32,000 bases of DNA, taken from NCBI GenBank assembly GCA_963843975.1, contig CAWJMG010000001.1:720001-752000 (forward strand), written 5' to 3'. The notes under the pieces are model-generated. The model searched no databases. It was given only the letters and a program-made list of their open reading frames with translations, and was not told the DNA's origin. Made by a program: the position numbers and the translations under genes. The stretch is from an uncultured Actinomycetes bacterium (GTDB lineage: Bacteria > Actinomycetota > Actinomycetes > S36-B12 > CAIYMF01). Within the stretch, counting starts at the first letter, position 1; each line of letters opens with the position of its first letter. Positions 9,395 to 17,509 of this stretch are shown piece by piece.

Positions 9395-10385
9395 CCGGGC
9401 ACGGGACGTCCTCGCCGAGGCCGACCCGGTCGCTGCCTTCCTCGCGGCGCACGAGGCGGGCGACGACGTCCTGCTCCGTACGTCGGGCACCTCGGGCGCG
9501 CCTCGCGTCGTACGCCGGACCACGTGGTCGTGGGTCGACTCGTTCGTCGCGGTCGAGTCCCTCACCGGGTTCGCGACGGCGTCGCGCACATGGATCCCCG
9601 CACCGATGACCGGCACGATGAACCTCTTCGCGGCCGTGCACGCCCGCTTCCTCGGGGCCGAGGTCGTCGACGACCCGCACCGCGCCACGCACTGGTTCCT
9701 GACGCCCGCGGCACTGCACGACGTCCTCGACTCCGGCGAGCGGTTCGACGGCGTGCGCGCGGTCGTCGCCGGCGACCGGCTGACCGTCACGCTGCACGAC
9801 CGAGCGTCCGCAGCCGGCGTCACCGTGAGCCACTACTACGGCGCGGCCGAGCTCTCGTTCGTCGCGTGGGGCTCCCACGAGGGCGACCTCTCGGCGTTCC
9901 CCGGAGTGGAGCTCGAGGTACGCGACGGCGTGGTGTGGGTGCGCTCGGCGTACGTGTCAGCGGGCTACCTCGACGGCGACGGGCCGTTCCTGCAGGGCCC
10001 GGATCGCTTCGCAACGGTGGGCGACCGGGGTGTGCTCCGCGGCGCACGGCTGACGGTGCTCGGCCGGGACGACGTGGTGCTCACCGGCGGTGCGACCGTG
10101 CACGTCGCGGACGTGGAAGGCTGCCTGCGGGCAGGTGCCACCGGGGCGCTCGCCGTCGTCGGGATCCCGCATCCCCGGCTGGGAGCAGTCGTGGCCGCCG
10201 CGCTCGAGCACCGGGACGATGTCGCGCCGCTGCGCACCCTGTCGCGCGCCGAGCTCGCGACGTCGCACCAGCCGCGGCGATGGTTCGTGCTCGCACCGTT
10301 CCCGCTGACGCCGACGGGCAAGGTCGACCGCGACGCGGTGGCCGCTCGCATCGCTGCGGGCGAGGGCGCGGAGGTGGCGCCGTGA
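9369..10385 (+). CDS. Short adenylate-forming (ANL) acyl-CoA ligase-like enzyme, 338 aa
   Basis: ANL core motifs are present: TSGTSGAPR (A3, only about 38 aa from the N-terminus), YYGAAE (A5), FATVGD (A7), GRDDVVLTGG (A8) and PLTPTGKVDR (A10). It lacks most of the usual N-terminal subdomain, like the short actinobacterial MenE-type ligases. It overlaps the bioY 3' end by 26 nt. Confidence 0.8.
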   Translation: MSPSTSQPDRARDVLAEADPVAAFLAAHEAGDDVLLRTSGTSGAPRVVRRTTWSWVDSFVAVESLTGFATASRTWIPAPMTGTMNLFAAVHARFLGAEVVDDPHRATHWFLTPAALHDVLDSGERFDGVRAVVAGDRLTVTLHDRASAAGVTVSHYYGAAELSFVAWGSHEGDLSAFPGVELEVRDGVVWVRSAYVSAGYLDGDGPFLQGPDRFATVGDRGVLRGARLTVLGRDDVVLTGGATVHVADVEGCLRAGATGALAVVGIPHPRLGAVVAAALEHRDDVAPLRTLSRAELATSHQPRRWFVLAPFPLTPTGKVDRDAVAARIAAGEGAEVAP

Positions 10386-11518
10386 CCGGCCATCCCGTCA
10401 TCGTCGGCGCGCTGCGGTCGCCGATCGGCACCTCGGGCCGCTCCCTCTCCGACGTCGGCGCCGCCGAGCTCGCCGCCACCGTGCTCCGCGGGCTGCGGCC
10501 GCTGCTGGACGAGCACGCGCTCGAGCCCGGCGAGGTCGTGCTCGGCAACTGCATGGGCCCGGGCGGCGACGTCGCACGCGTGGCCACTCTGGCCGCCGGG
10601 TTCGACGTCTCGGTGCCCGCGCTCACGGTCGACCGCCAGTGCGCGAGCGGGCTCGCGGCGATCGCAGTCGCCACCGCATGCCTGCGCGCCGACCGCGGCG
10701 TGATCCTCGCGGGTGGGGTCGAGTCGGTGTCGACGGCGCCGTGGCGGATGTGGCCGCCGCGTGACGGCGGCGAGCCCGTGCGCTACGAGCGCGCGCCGTT
10801 CGCGCCGTCCCCTGAGCTCGACCCAGACATGGGCGTGTCGAACGACCACCTCGCCGCCGAGCACGGCATCACCCGTGAGCGTCAGGACGAGTACGCCGCG
10901 CGGTCGCACGAGCGAGCCGCAGCGGCCATCGCCTCGGGCGCGTACGACGCCGAGCTCATCGCGGTCGGCGACGTCGTGCGCGACGACCGCCCCCGCCAGG
11001 GGCTGACCGTCGAGCGGCTCGCCCGGCTCCGGCCGGCGTTCCGTGAGGGCGGGACGGTGACGGCCGGCAACTCGTGCGGCATCAGCGACGGGGCTGCCGC
11101 TGTCGCGCTGGTGGACGATGAAACCCATGAGGAACTGGGGATCCCGGGCCTTCGGGTGCTGGCCACGGCAACAGCGGGGGTCGACCCGCGACGACCCGGC
11201 ATCGGCCTCGTGCCGGCGGTGGAGCGTGCCGTGATCGCGGCCGGGATCGGCTTCGACGACCTCGACGTGATCGAGATCAACGAGGCGTTCGCCGGCCAGG
11301 TGCTCGCCTGCTGCGACGCACTCGGGCTCGACCCGGCACGCGTCTGTCCCGAGGGTGGCGCGCTGGCGCTCGGGCACCCGTGGGGCGCGTCCGGCGCTGT
11401 GCTCGTCGTACGTCTCTTCAGCCAGCTAGCGCTGCGCGACGGCGGGCGGTACGGGCTCGCGGCTATCGCGGCCGGGGGCGGTCAGGGCGTCGCGATGGTG
11501 GTCGAACGATGCCCGTGA
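10382..11518 (+). CDS. Thiolase-family protein (acetyl-CoA C-acyltransferase-like, C-terminal catalytic Cys absent)
   Basis: GTGA overlap with the ligase stop. Thiolase motifs are VDRQCASGL (nucleophile Cys), NEAFA and GHPWGASG (His). The usual C-terminal CxGGGxG reads AIAAGGGQG, with Ala where the Cys should be. Confidence 0.85.
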   Translation: MTGHPVIVGALRSPIGTSGRSLSDVGAAELAATVLRGLRPLLDEHALEPGEVVLGNCMGPGGDVARVATLAAGFDVSVPALTVDRQCASGLAAIAVATACLRADRGVILAGGVESVSTAPWRMWPPRDGGEPVRYERAPFAPSPELDPDMGVSNDHLAAEHGITRERQDEYAARSHERAAAAIASGAYDAELIAVGDVVRDDRPRQGLTVERLARLRPAFREGGTVTAGNSCGISDGAAAVALVDDETHEELGIPGLRVLATATAGVDPRRPGIGLVPAVERAVIAAGIGFDDLDVIEINEAFAGQVLACCDALGLDPARVCPEGGALALGHPWGASGAVLVVRLFSQLALRDGGRYGLAAIAAGGGQGVAMVVERCP

Positions 11519-12201
11519 TCGAGGTCCGCGGCGTGACGCACGCCTTCGGCGTCGGCTCGGCGCGACGCCCGGTTCTCCGCGACGTCACCGTGACCCTCAC
11601 CGAGCAGCGCGTGGGCATCATCGGCGCGAACGGCTCCGGCAAGTCGACGTTCGCGCGCCTGCTCAACGGCCTCGTGCTGCCCGACAGCGGAACGGTCGCG
11701 GTCGACGGTGCGGACGCGAGGAGGGACGGCAAGGAGGTCCGCCGCCGCGTCGGCTTCGTGTTCACCGATCCCGACGCGCAGATCGTGATGCCGACCGTGC
11801 AGGAGGACGTCGCCTTCGGCCTGCGCCGCCGCGGCCATTCCTCCTCCGTCGTGTCGGCCATGGTGACCCGGGCGCTGGCCGACTTCGGGCTGAGCGCACT
11901 GGCCGACTCGCCCGCGCACTCGCTCTCGGGCGGAGAGAAGCAGCTGCTCGCCCTGTGCTCGGTGCTGGTGACCGAACCGTCGGTCCTCGTGCTCGACGAG
12001 CCGACGACGCTCCTCGACCTACGGAACGCCCAGCACATCGGGCGCGTCATCGCCGGCCTGCCGCAGCAGGTGGTGCTCGTGACGCACCACCTCGAGCTGC
12101 TGGAGTCGTACGACCGCGTGCTCGTCTTCGACGAGGGCCGCATCGTGCATGACAGCTCTCCCGCACCGGCCATCGAGCACTACCGGCGGCTGATGGCATG
12201 A
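11509..12201 (+). CDS. ECF transporter ATPase (A component, BioM/EcfA/CbiO type)
   Basis: The start MPVIEVRG at 11509 overlaps the thiolase 3' end. Walker A GANGSGKST, signature LSGGEKQ, Walker B VLVLDEPT. Confidence 0.85.
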   Translation: MPVIEVRGVTHAFGVGSARRPVLRDVTVTLTEQRVGIIGANGSGKSTFARLLNGLVLPDSGTVAVDGADARRDGKEVRRRVGFVFTDPDAQIVMPTVQEDVAFGLRRRGHSSSVVSAMVTRALADFGLSALADSPAHSLSGGEKQLLALCSVLVTEPSVLVLDEPTTLLDLRNAQHIGRVIAGLPQQVVLVTHHLELLESYDRVLVFDEGRIVHDSSPAPAIEHYRRLMA

Positions 12202-12800
12202 GGGACCTCTCTCTCTACGTGCCCGGCGACTCCGTGCTGCACCGCACCCGCGCCGGGGTGAAGCTGCTCGTGCTGCTCGCCGTCTCGGTGCTCACTATCT
12301 GGCTGCGCACGCCCTGGCAGATCGCGGCCGTCGGCGCCGTGGTGCTCCTCGGCTATGCGATCGCGCGGTTCTCGCCTGCGCTGGTCTGGCGCCAGGTCCG
12401 GCCGATGATGTGGGTGCTGCTGTTCATCGGCGCGTTCCAGGCGTGGGCCGCCGGGTGGGCGCGTGCGGTCGTCGTCGTCGGCACTGTGCTCGTGCTCGTG
12501 CTCGCCGCCGCGCTCGTCACGCTGACGACGCGCACCACCGCGATGGCCGACGCCGTCGTCACCGCGTGCCGGCCGCTGCGCCGGCTCGGCGTCGATCCTG
12601 AGCGCGTCGGGCTCATGCTGGCGCTCGGGATGCGCTCGGTGCCGGTCGTGGTGGGGGCGGCGTACGACGTGCGCGATGCTCAACGGGCGCGCGGCGTGGT
12701 CTTCGCGCCGCAGGCCTACACCGTGGCGCTCGTCGTCCGCTCGCTGCGGATGGCGACCGCCCTGGGCGATGCGCTGCTCGCCCGTGGGCTCGACGACTGA
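12198..12800 (+). CDS. ECF transporter transmembrane (T) component (BioN/EcfT/CbiQ type)
   Basis: ATGA overlap with the ATPase gene. A 200-aa polytopic protein with an Arg-containing cytoplasmic helix region (ALGMRSVPVV...RDAQRARG) typical of T components. Confidence 0.7.
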   Translation: MRDLSLYVPGDSVLHRTRAGVKLLVLLAVSVLTIWLRTPWQIAAVGAVVLLGYAIARFSPALVWRQVRPMMWVLLFIGAFQAWAAGWARAVVVVGTVLVLVLAAALVTLTTRTTAMADAVVTACRPLRRLGVDPERVGLMLALGMRSVPVVVGAAYDVRDAQRARGVVFAPQAYTVALVVRSLRMATALGDALLARGLDD

Positions 12801-12813
12801 GACCCGAAAAGTC

Positions 12814-12832
12814 AACTGCCCCAAGGGCAGTT
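12814..12832. terminator. Perfect 8-bp stem / 3-nt loop hairpin after the ECF operon
   Basis: AACTGCCC-CAA-GGGCAGTT lies 14 nt after the ecfT stop. It is flanked by GAAAAG on the + strand, which gives CTTTTC after the hairpin on the - strand. There is no U-tract on the + side. Confidence 0.45.
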
Positions 12833-12877
12833 AGCGTGAGCCTCCCCGCCGTGAAGGCCAGCGAGAGGTCGCCACTC

Positions 12878-14026
12878 ATGGACACCTGGAACACCGACGA
12901 ACGACGCCTGCTGCGCGAGTCGGTACGCCGGTTCAGCGAGCGCCAGGTGCTGCCGAACCTGGCGCGCTGGGAGGCGGACGGGCTCGTGCCGCGCGAGCTG
13001 CACCGAGCCGCGGCCGACGCAGGGCTGCTCGGCATCGGCTTCCCCGAGTCCGCGGGCGGCAGCGGAGGCACGCCGGTTGATGCGTTCATCGTCGCGGAGG
13101 AGCTGATCCTGTCCGGCGGGTCGTCCGGTCTCGTCGCCGCGCTCTTCACCCACGGCATCGGGCTGCCCCACCTCGTCACCGCGGGAAATCCCGCCCTGAT
13201 CGACCGCGTGGCGCGCCCCGTCCTCGAGGGCGAGCGCATCGTGTCCCTGGCCGTCACCGAGCCCGACGGCGGATCCGACGTCGCAGGCATCCGCACCCGC
13301 GCTGTCGTGGACGGCGACGACTACGTCGTCACGGGTGCGAAGCTCTACATCACCTCGGGCACACGCGCGGACTTCATCACCACCGCCGTGCGAACCGGGG
13401 GCGACGGTGCGGGCGGCCTGTCCCTGCTCGTGATCGACAGCAGCACGCCCGGCGTCACGGTCTCGGCGCCGCTGGCCAAGATGGGCTGGCTCTGCTCGGA
13501 CACCGCCGAGATCACCTTCGACGAGGTGCGGGTGCCTCGGGCCAACCTCGTCGGCACCGAGGGCAGCGGGTTCCTGCAGATCGTCGGCCAGTTCGCCGCC
13601 GAGCGGCTGAGCATCGCCGTGCAGGCGTACGCCACCGCGCAGCGGTGCCTCGACCTCACCATCGCCTGGACGCAGCAGCGCGAGACGTTCGGCCGCCCGC
13701 TCGTGAGCCGCCAGGTCGTGGCGCACCGTCTCGCCGAGATGGCCCGCGACGTCGACGTCGCCCGCACCTACACCCGCGCCGTCACCGACGACTGGCTCGC
13801 CGGCGACGACGTCCTCATGCGCGTCGCGATGGCCAAGAACACCGCGGTCGCCGCCTGCGACCGCGTGGTCGATGCCGCGGTGCAGCTGCACGGCGGCATG
13901 GGCTACATGCGCGAGTGCGAGGTCGAGCGGCACTACCGCGACAGCCGCATCCTCGGCATCGGCGGCGGAGCGACGGAGATCATGACCGAGATCGTCGCCA
14001 AGCTCCTGCTCCCCCGCCCCACCTGA
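12878..14026 (+). CDS. Acyl-CoA dehydrogenase
   Basis: ACAD fold motifs: SLAVTEPDGGSDVAG, YITSG, QRETFGRPL, and the C-terminal YRDSRILGIGGGATEIM with the catalytic Glu region. ATG at 12878 (MDTWNTDE) is preferred over the listed GTG at 12836. Confidence 0.9.
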   Translation: MDTWNTDERRLLRESVRRFSERQVLPNLARWEADGLVPRELHRAAADAGLLGIGFPESAGGSGGTPVDAFIVAEELILSGGSSGLVAALFTHGIGLPHLVTAGNPALIDRVARPVLEGERIVSLAVTEPDGGSDVAGIRTRAVVDGDDYVVTGAKLYITSGTRADFITTAVRTGGDGAGGLSLLVIDSSTPGVTVSAPLAKMGWLCSDTAEITFDEVRVPRANLVGTEGSGFLQIVGQFAAERLSIAVQAYATAQRCLDLTIAWTQQRETFGRPLVSRQVVAHRLAEMARDVDVARTYTRAVTDDWLAGDDVLMRVAMAKNTAVAACDRVVDAAVQLHGGMGYMRECEVERHYRDSRILGIGGGATEIMTEIVAKLLLPRPT

Positions 14027-14044
14027 CTCGGCGGCATTACTCGA

Positions 14045-14464
14045 TCAGCCTCGGGGAGCCTGAATGACGCCCGGGGGCTGCTCGACGACCTCATCACCGC
14101 GATCGTCGACCACGCGGCGATCCCCGATCGGCGACGTGAGCGAGACGGTCGTCGAGTAGTAGAACGCGGGCCGCGTGCCCGATCCGCCCACCAGGGGGTC
14201 CGCAGTCAGGACCACGTGCAGCATGATCCGTTCGGTTGACTCCTCGGCGGTCGCGCTGATGATGCTCTGGCCAGGGCCACGCACGTACTCCACCGTCACG
14301 ACGGTGGGCGAGTCCCTCGAGTAGCCGGTGATCTGGGCCGTCTCCGAGCGGCTGCCGTTCCAGCCCACGACGGCAAGCGACGCGACGACCACCAGGCCCA
14401 GGGCACCGAGTGCCACGGCCCAGGCTCGCGGGCGCCTCACCCCGTGCGCGGCCTCCACCGTCAT
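14045..14464 (-). CDS. Hypothetical membrane-anchored protein (139 aa)
   Basis: One N-terminal TM helix (AWAVALGALGLVVVASLAVVGW) followed by a soluble domain. No recognisable family. It sits in a locally lower-GC stretch downstream of the HNH gene. Confidence 0.45.
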   Translation of the reverse strand: MTVEAAHGVRRPRAWAVALGALGLVVVASLAVVGWNGSRSETAQITGYSRDSPTVVTVEYVRGPGQSIISATAEESTERIMLHVVLTADPLVGGSGTRPAFYYSTTVSLTSPIGDRRVVDDRGDEVVEQPPGVIQAPRG

Positions 14465-14590
14465 GGCATCGAGTGTGCCGGTGAGGGAGCCGCGCGCGCA
14501 GGCAGTCGGACGTGACGGCGGAACCGCTCCCTCATGGGTGGTGCGGTCTCTCGGTCGTGTCGTGGATCCCTCGCGCGTGCCGGCCCTTCT

Positions 14591-16117
14591 TCAGGGCCGG
14601 GTTCGCCGGGGCGCGGGGTCGGGTGGTTCGAAGGTGAGCCAGATCGGGCAGCCCGGGTCGATGCCGGGGTTCGTCACGATGGTCCAGCCACCCTCGTGCA
14701 CGGCGTGGTGATGGCGGGCGCAGAGCAGGGTCAGGTTGTCGAGGTTGGTTTCCCCGCCCGCCTCCCACTCGTGGAGGTGGTGGGCCTCGCACCAGCCGAC
14801 CCCGATCCGGCAGCCCGGGAACGCGCAGTGCCGGTCCCGGATCTCCAGCGCCCGACGCAGCCGCGGTGGGACGGTGCGGTAGCGGCGGCCCTCGTCCCAC
14901 ACGTGCGCGCGACGGCGCAGCAGCCGGGCGGAGTCCGGATCGAGGTCGCAGCCCGCGACCGGGTGCAGCAGACCCAGGCCGTGGTGTGCCTGGGTGTGCG
15001 CCGACCGGCGTGCGTCGCCGTGGTGGGCGGGGCCGTGGTGGGCGGGGCCGTGGCAGGGGACGCCGTCGTGGTGGTGGGTGTGCCGGTCCGCGACCGACCC
15101 GACGGTGGACAGCTCGGTGACATCGGCGTCGCAGAGCATCCGCTTGACGGTCTCCCCGTTGACCAGGACGGGGTTGGCGTAGCCGGGGACGGTCAGCTCG
15201 CCGGGGAACCCGGCGGTCACGTCGTCGACAGTGGTGGTCAGGGTGATGTGGGGCTTGACCCCGTGGGACTGGCCGACCAGGCCGTTGCCCAGCCACAGCT
15301 GCACCAGGTGGTTGAGGGACAGGGCGTCCTGGTGCGCGGATGCGTTGCGGCGCCGCCGCTCATCGACCGCGTCGTCCCCGGTGGGCTGCTCGTCGGGGGT
15401 CAGGGATCCCTCTCGGTACTTCGCATCCCGCATCCGGTCCAGCAGCACCTTGAGCGCTGCCCCGTTCTCGAGCGTGAGCGCGCCCTTGATCACGAACTGG
15501 TCCCCGACCTGGGTGACCGTCAGGAACTGGGAGGCCATCGCCTCCTCCGCGCGGCGGGACGCGGCCTCCGGATCCAGGATCTCCTTCAAGACCGCGGCGG
15601 CGCCGACGACCTCCTCCACCGAGCCCTGCTCGGCGATCGGGAGCAGGTACTCCTCGCAAAAGGTCCGCCACTGCACGCGGTCGGCGTCGACCTTGTCCGC
15701 GATCGCGGCCTCGCTGCCCCGCATCACCGCAGCGGCCAGGTCCGGGGTGATCCGGCCGGCGACCTGCGCGACCCGAGTCGCGGCATACGAGCGCTGCGTG
15801 CGCGCCGCCGACACCACCGACCCCGCCCGGCCCGGAGCCATCCCGGTGCGCTGGGCCAGGAACGCCTTCGTCGACCCGAACCCCTGCGACAGCAGCACAC
15901 CCGACGCATCGAGCCGATCCACCGCGAACGCACCCAAGGAGTGCGCCGCGTCGCGCACCGCGAACAGCTCCGCCGTCAGCTCCGGCAGACCGGCGAGCGA
16001 CACCTCCGAGACGGCACCCGAACCCGCAAGCGCACACGCCTCCGTCAGCATCCCCCGCACCCCGGCGACCAGGCGTGCGAACTCACGCCCGGTGTCGACG
16101 GAGGTGGCCTGACTCAT
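14591..16117 (-). CDS. DUF222 / HNH endonuclease (13E12-repeat-type family)
   Basis: 508 aa from MSQATSVD (ATG 16117). The helical N-terminal domain is typical of DUF222. The C-terminal HNH nuclease motif is CAFPGC...CEAHHLHEWEAGGETNLDNLTLLCARHHHAVH. Confidence 0.85.
   Translation of the reverse strand: MSQATSVDTGREFARLVAGVRGMLTEACALAGSGAVSEVSLAGLPELTAELFAVRDAAHSLGAFAVDRLDASGVLLSQGFGSTKAFLAQRTGMAPGRAGSVVSAARTQRSYAATRVAQVAGRITPDLAAAVMRGSEAAIADKVDADRVQWRTFCEEYLLPIAEQGSVEEVVGAAAVLKEILDPEAASRRAEEAMASQFLTVTQVGDQFVIKGALTLENGAALKVLLDRMRDAKYREGSLTPDEQPTGDDAVDERRRRNASAHQDALSLNHLVQLWLGNGLVGQSHGVKPHITLTTTVDDVTAGFPGELTVPGYANPVLVNGETVKRMLCDADVTELSTVGSVADRHTHHHDGVPCHGPAHHGPAHHGDARRSAHTQAHHGLGLLHPVAGCDLDPDSARLLRRRAHVWDEGRRYRTVPPRLRRALEIRDRHCAFPGCRIGVGWCEAHHLHEWEAGGETNLDNLTLLCARHHHAVHEGGWTIVTNPGIDPGCPIWLTFEPPDPAPRRTRP
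15017..15053. repeat. About 2.5 tandem copies of a 15-nt unit inside the HNH gene
   Basis: On the + strand GCCGTGGTGGGCGGG occurs twice, followed by a partial GCCGTGG. This encodes HGPAH-HGPAH-HG in a His-rich linker just before the HNH domain. Confidence 0.8.
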
Positions 16118-16123
16118 GGCGTA

Positions 16124-16152
16124 ATCGTACACCTGTACTATTGACAGCACAA
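16124..16152 (-). promoter_or_regulatory. Candidate promoter giving a leaderless HNH transcript
   Basis: The minus strand reads TTGTGC-17 nt-TACGAT, then 6 nt, then the ATG at 16117. No SD is present. This spacing is what leaderless actinobacterial mRNAs show. Confidence 0.35.
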
Positions 16153-16267
16153 GGGTCCGACCCGCGATATCCCCAGCAACCGCAACCGATCCCGCCGATT
16201 CACCACCGCGGAAGTCGATAGCACCAGTGTCGCCCGCGGATTGACCTCCACTACCGAATCCACGAAA

Positions 16268-16297
16268 TTGCACGAAGTGGGCTTCGTGAATTATTGT
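16268..16297 (+). promoter_or_regulatory. Candidate promoter for the riboswitch-terC transcript
   Basis: TTGCAC-18 nt-TATTGT (TAnnnT-type -10) ends about 6 nt before the conserved GGAGGGGAGUA of the riboswitch. The spacer contains a 7-bp hairpin, CACGAAG-tggg-CTTCGTG. Confidence 0.35.
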
Positions 16298-16402
16298 TCG
16301 CGGAGGGGAGTACTTCACCAAGAGCGTCTCGTCAGTACGGCGGCCCATGTGCCGCCCGGGGCGCCGCCCGGTCCGCCGGGTGAAGGAGACCAGGCCTGCG
16401 AC
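16296..16402 (+). promoter_or_regulatory. yybP-ykoY (Mn2+) riboswitch
   Basis: The conserved 5' element GGAGGGGAGUA is followed by CUUCACC, which pairs with a downstream GGUGAAG, then the conserved GGAGACC. Inside are a GUCUCGUCAGUACGG segment and a GGCGGC/GCCGCC hairpin, arranged as in known family members. It lies directly upstream of a TerC-family gene, the classic regulated target. A 7-bp hairpin ACGGCAU/AUGCCGU (16401-16424) follows. Confidence 0.7.
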
Positions 16403-16444
16403 GGCATTTCTTCCGGGATGCCGTACGACCTGGAGGTTGCTCCC

Positions 16445-17509
16445 GTGGACGTCTCTCTTCTCGCCTGGGGCGCGGTTCTCGTCGCGATCCTCGCGATGCT
16501 CGCCGTCGACCTGTTCCTGCATCGCGATGCGCACGAGATCCCCGTGCGCGAGGCCGCGACGTGGACGGGCATCTGGATCGCGATCGGCGTGCTCGCCGGC
16601 GGGGTCATCTGGGCGGTGTACGGCGCCGAGTTCGGCCAGCAGTACTTCGCCGGATACGTGATCGAGAAGTCGCTCGCCATCGACAACGTGTTCGTGTGGG
16701 CGATCATCTTCAGCTTCTTCGCCGTACCGCGTCAGTACCAGCACCGTGTGCTGTTCCTCGGCGTCCTCGGCGCACTGGTGTTCCGCGCGATCTTCATCGC
16801 GGCCGGCTCGGCGCTCATCGCCTCGTTCGCCGCGATCCTCTACGTCTTCGCCGCCTTCCTGATCTGGACCGGCTGGAAGATGTGGCGCACCCGCGACGCG
16901 CACATCGACCCGTCGAAGTCCAACATCGTCGCCTGGTGGCGCCGCCGCGTGCCTTCGACTGATGAGTTCCACGGCCAGAGGCTCTGGATCCGCGAGAACG
17001 GCAAGCGTCTCGCCACGCCGCTCCTCCTGGTCCTCGTCATGATCGAGGTCACCGACATCATCTTCGCGGTCGACTCGATCCCGGCCGTCTTCGCGGTGAC
17101 CAGCGAGCCGTTCCTCGTCTTCGCCTCCAACGCGTTCGCGATCCTCGGCCTGCGCGCCATGTACTTCCTGCTCGCGGACCTCATGCACCGCTTCGTCTAC
17201 CTCAAGGCGGGCCTGTCGTTCGTCCTCATCTGGGTCGGCATCAAGATGTTCCTCGTCGTGGACATCGTGAAGATCCCGACCTGGGTCTCCCTCGTGGTGG
17301 TCACCTCGATCATCACCGGCTCCATCGTCCTCAGCCTGCGCGCGACGCGCGGCCAGGACCCGGCTCCCGCGACGGAGGGCACCGCCCCTGCTCTCCACGC
17401 GGAGACGTCGGCGGACGGGTCCGGGAGCCCGTCCGCCGACAGCAACGACGCCGTAGTGCCCGCGGCCGCCACCGACGAGGCGGACACGAGCCCCTTGGGC
17501 CGCGGGTGA
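16445..17509 (+). CDS. TerC-family integral membrane protein
   Basis: The GTG at 16445 comes 8 nt after GGAGG (alternative ATG at 16418). TerC motifs are EKSLAIDNVFVW and EVTDIIFAVDSIPAVFAVT. The Ala/Asp/Ser-rich C-terminal tail is low complexity. The first 68 codons of the listed ORF overlie the riboswitch and are rejected. Confidence 0.85.
   Translation: MDVSLLAWGAVLVAILAMLAVDLFLHRDAHEIPVREAATWTGIWIAIGVLAGGVIWAVYGAEFGQQYFAGYVIEKSLAIDNVFVWAIIFSFFAVPRQYQHRVLFLGVLGALVFRAIFIAAGSALIASFAAILYVFAAFLIWTGWKMWRTRDAHIDPSKSNIVAWWRRRVPSTDEFHGQRLWIRENGKRLATPLLLVLVMIEVTDIIFAVDSIPAVFAVTSEPFLVFASNAFAILGLRAMYFLLADLMHRFVYLKAGLSFVLIWVGIKMFLVVDIVKIPTWVSLVVVTSIITGSIVLSLRATRGQDPAPATEGTAPALHAETSADGSGSPSADSNDAVVPAAATDEADTSPLGRG

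Noticed and set aside
12878-14026. Acyl-CoA dehydrogenase as the sixth gene of the bioY/ligase/thiolase operon, completing a beta-oxidation set
   Set aside because: It is separated from ecfT by 77 nt containing a perfect 8-bp hairpin, whereas all true operon junctions overlap. No hydratase or hydroxyacyl-CoA dehydrogenase is present. The linkage may be only positional.
16241-16444. Upstream 68 codons of the TerC ORF, and likewise the 60-codon upstream extension of the NlpC/P60 ORF (29666..29845)
   Set aside because: Both extensions coincide with riboswitch-like leaders and lack SD sequences. Downstream starts have good SDs and give normal N-termini (TM1 for TerC, a signal peptide for NlpC/P60).
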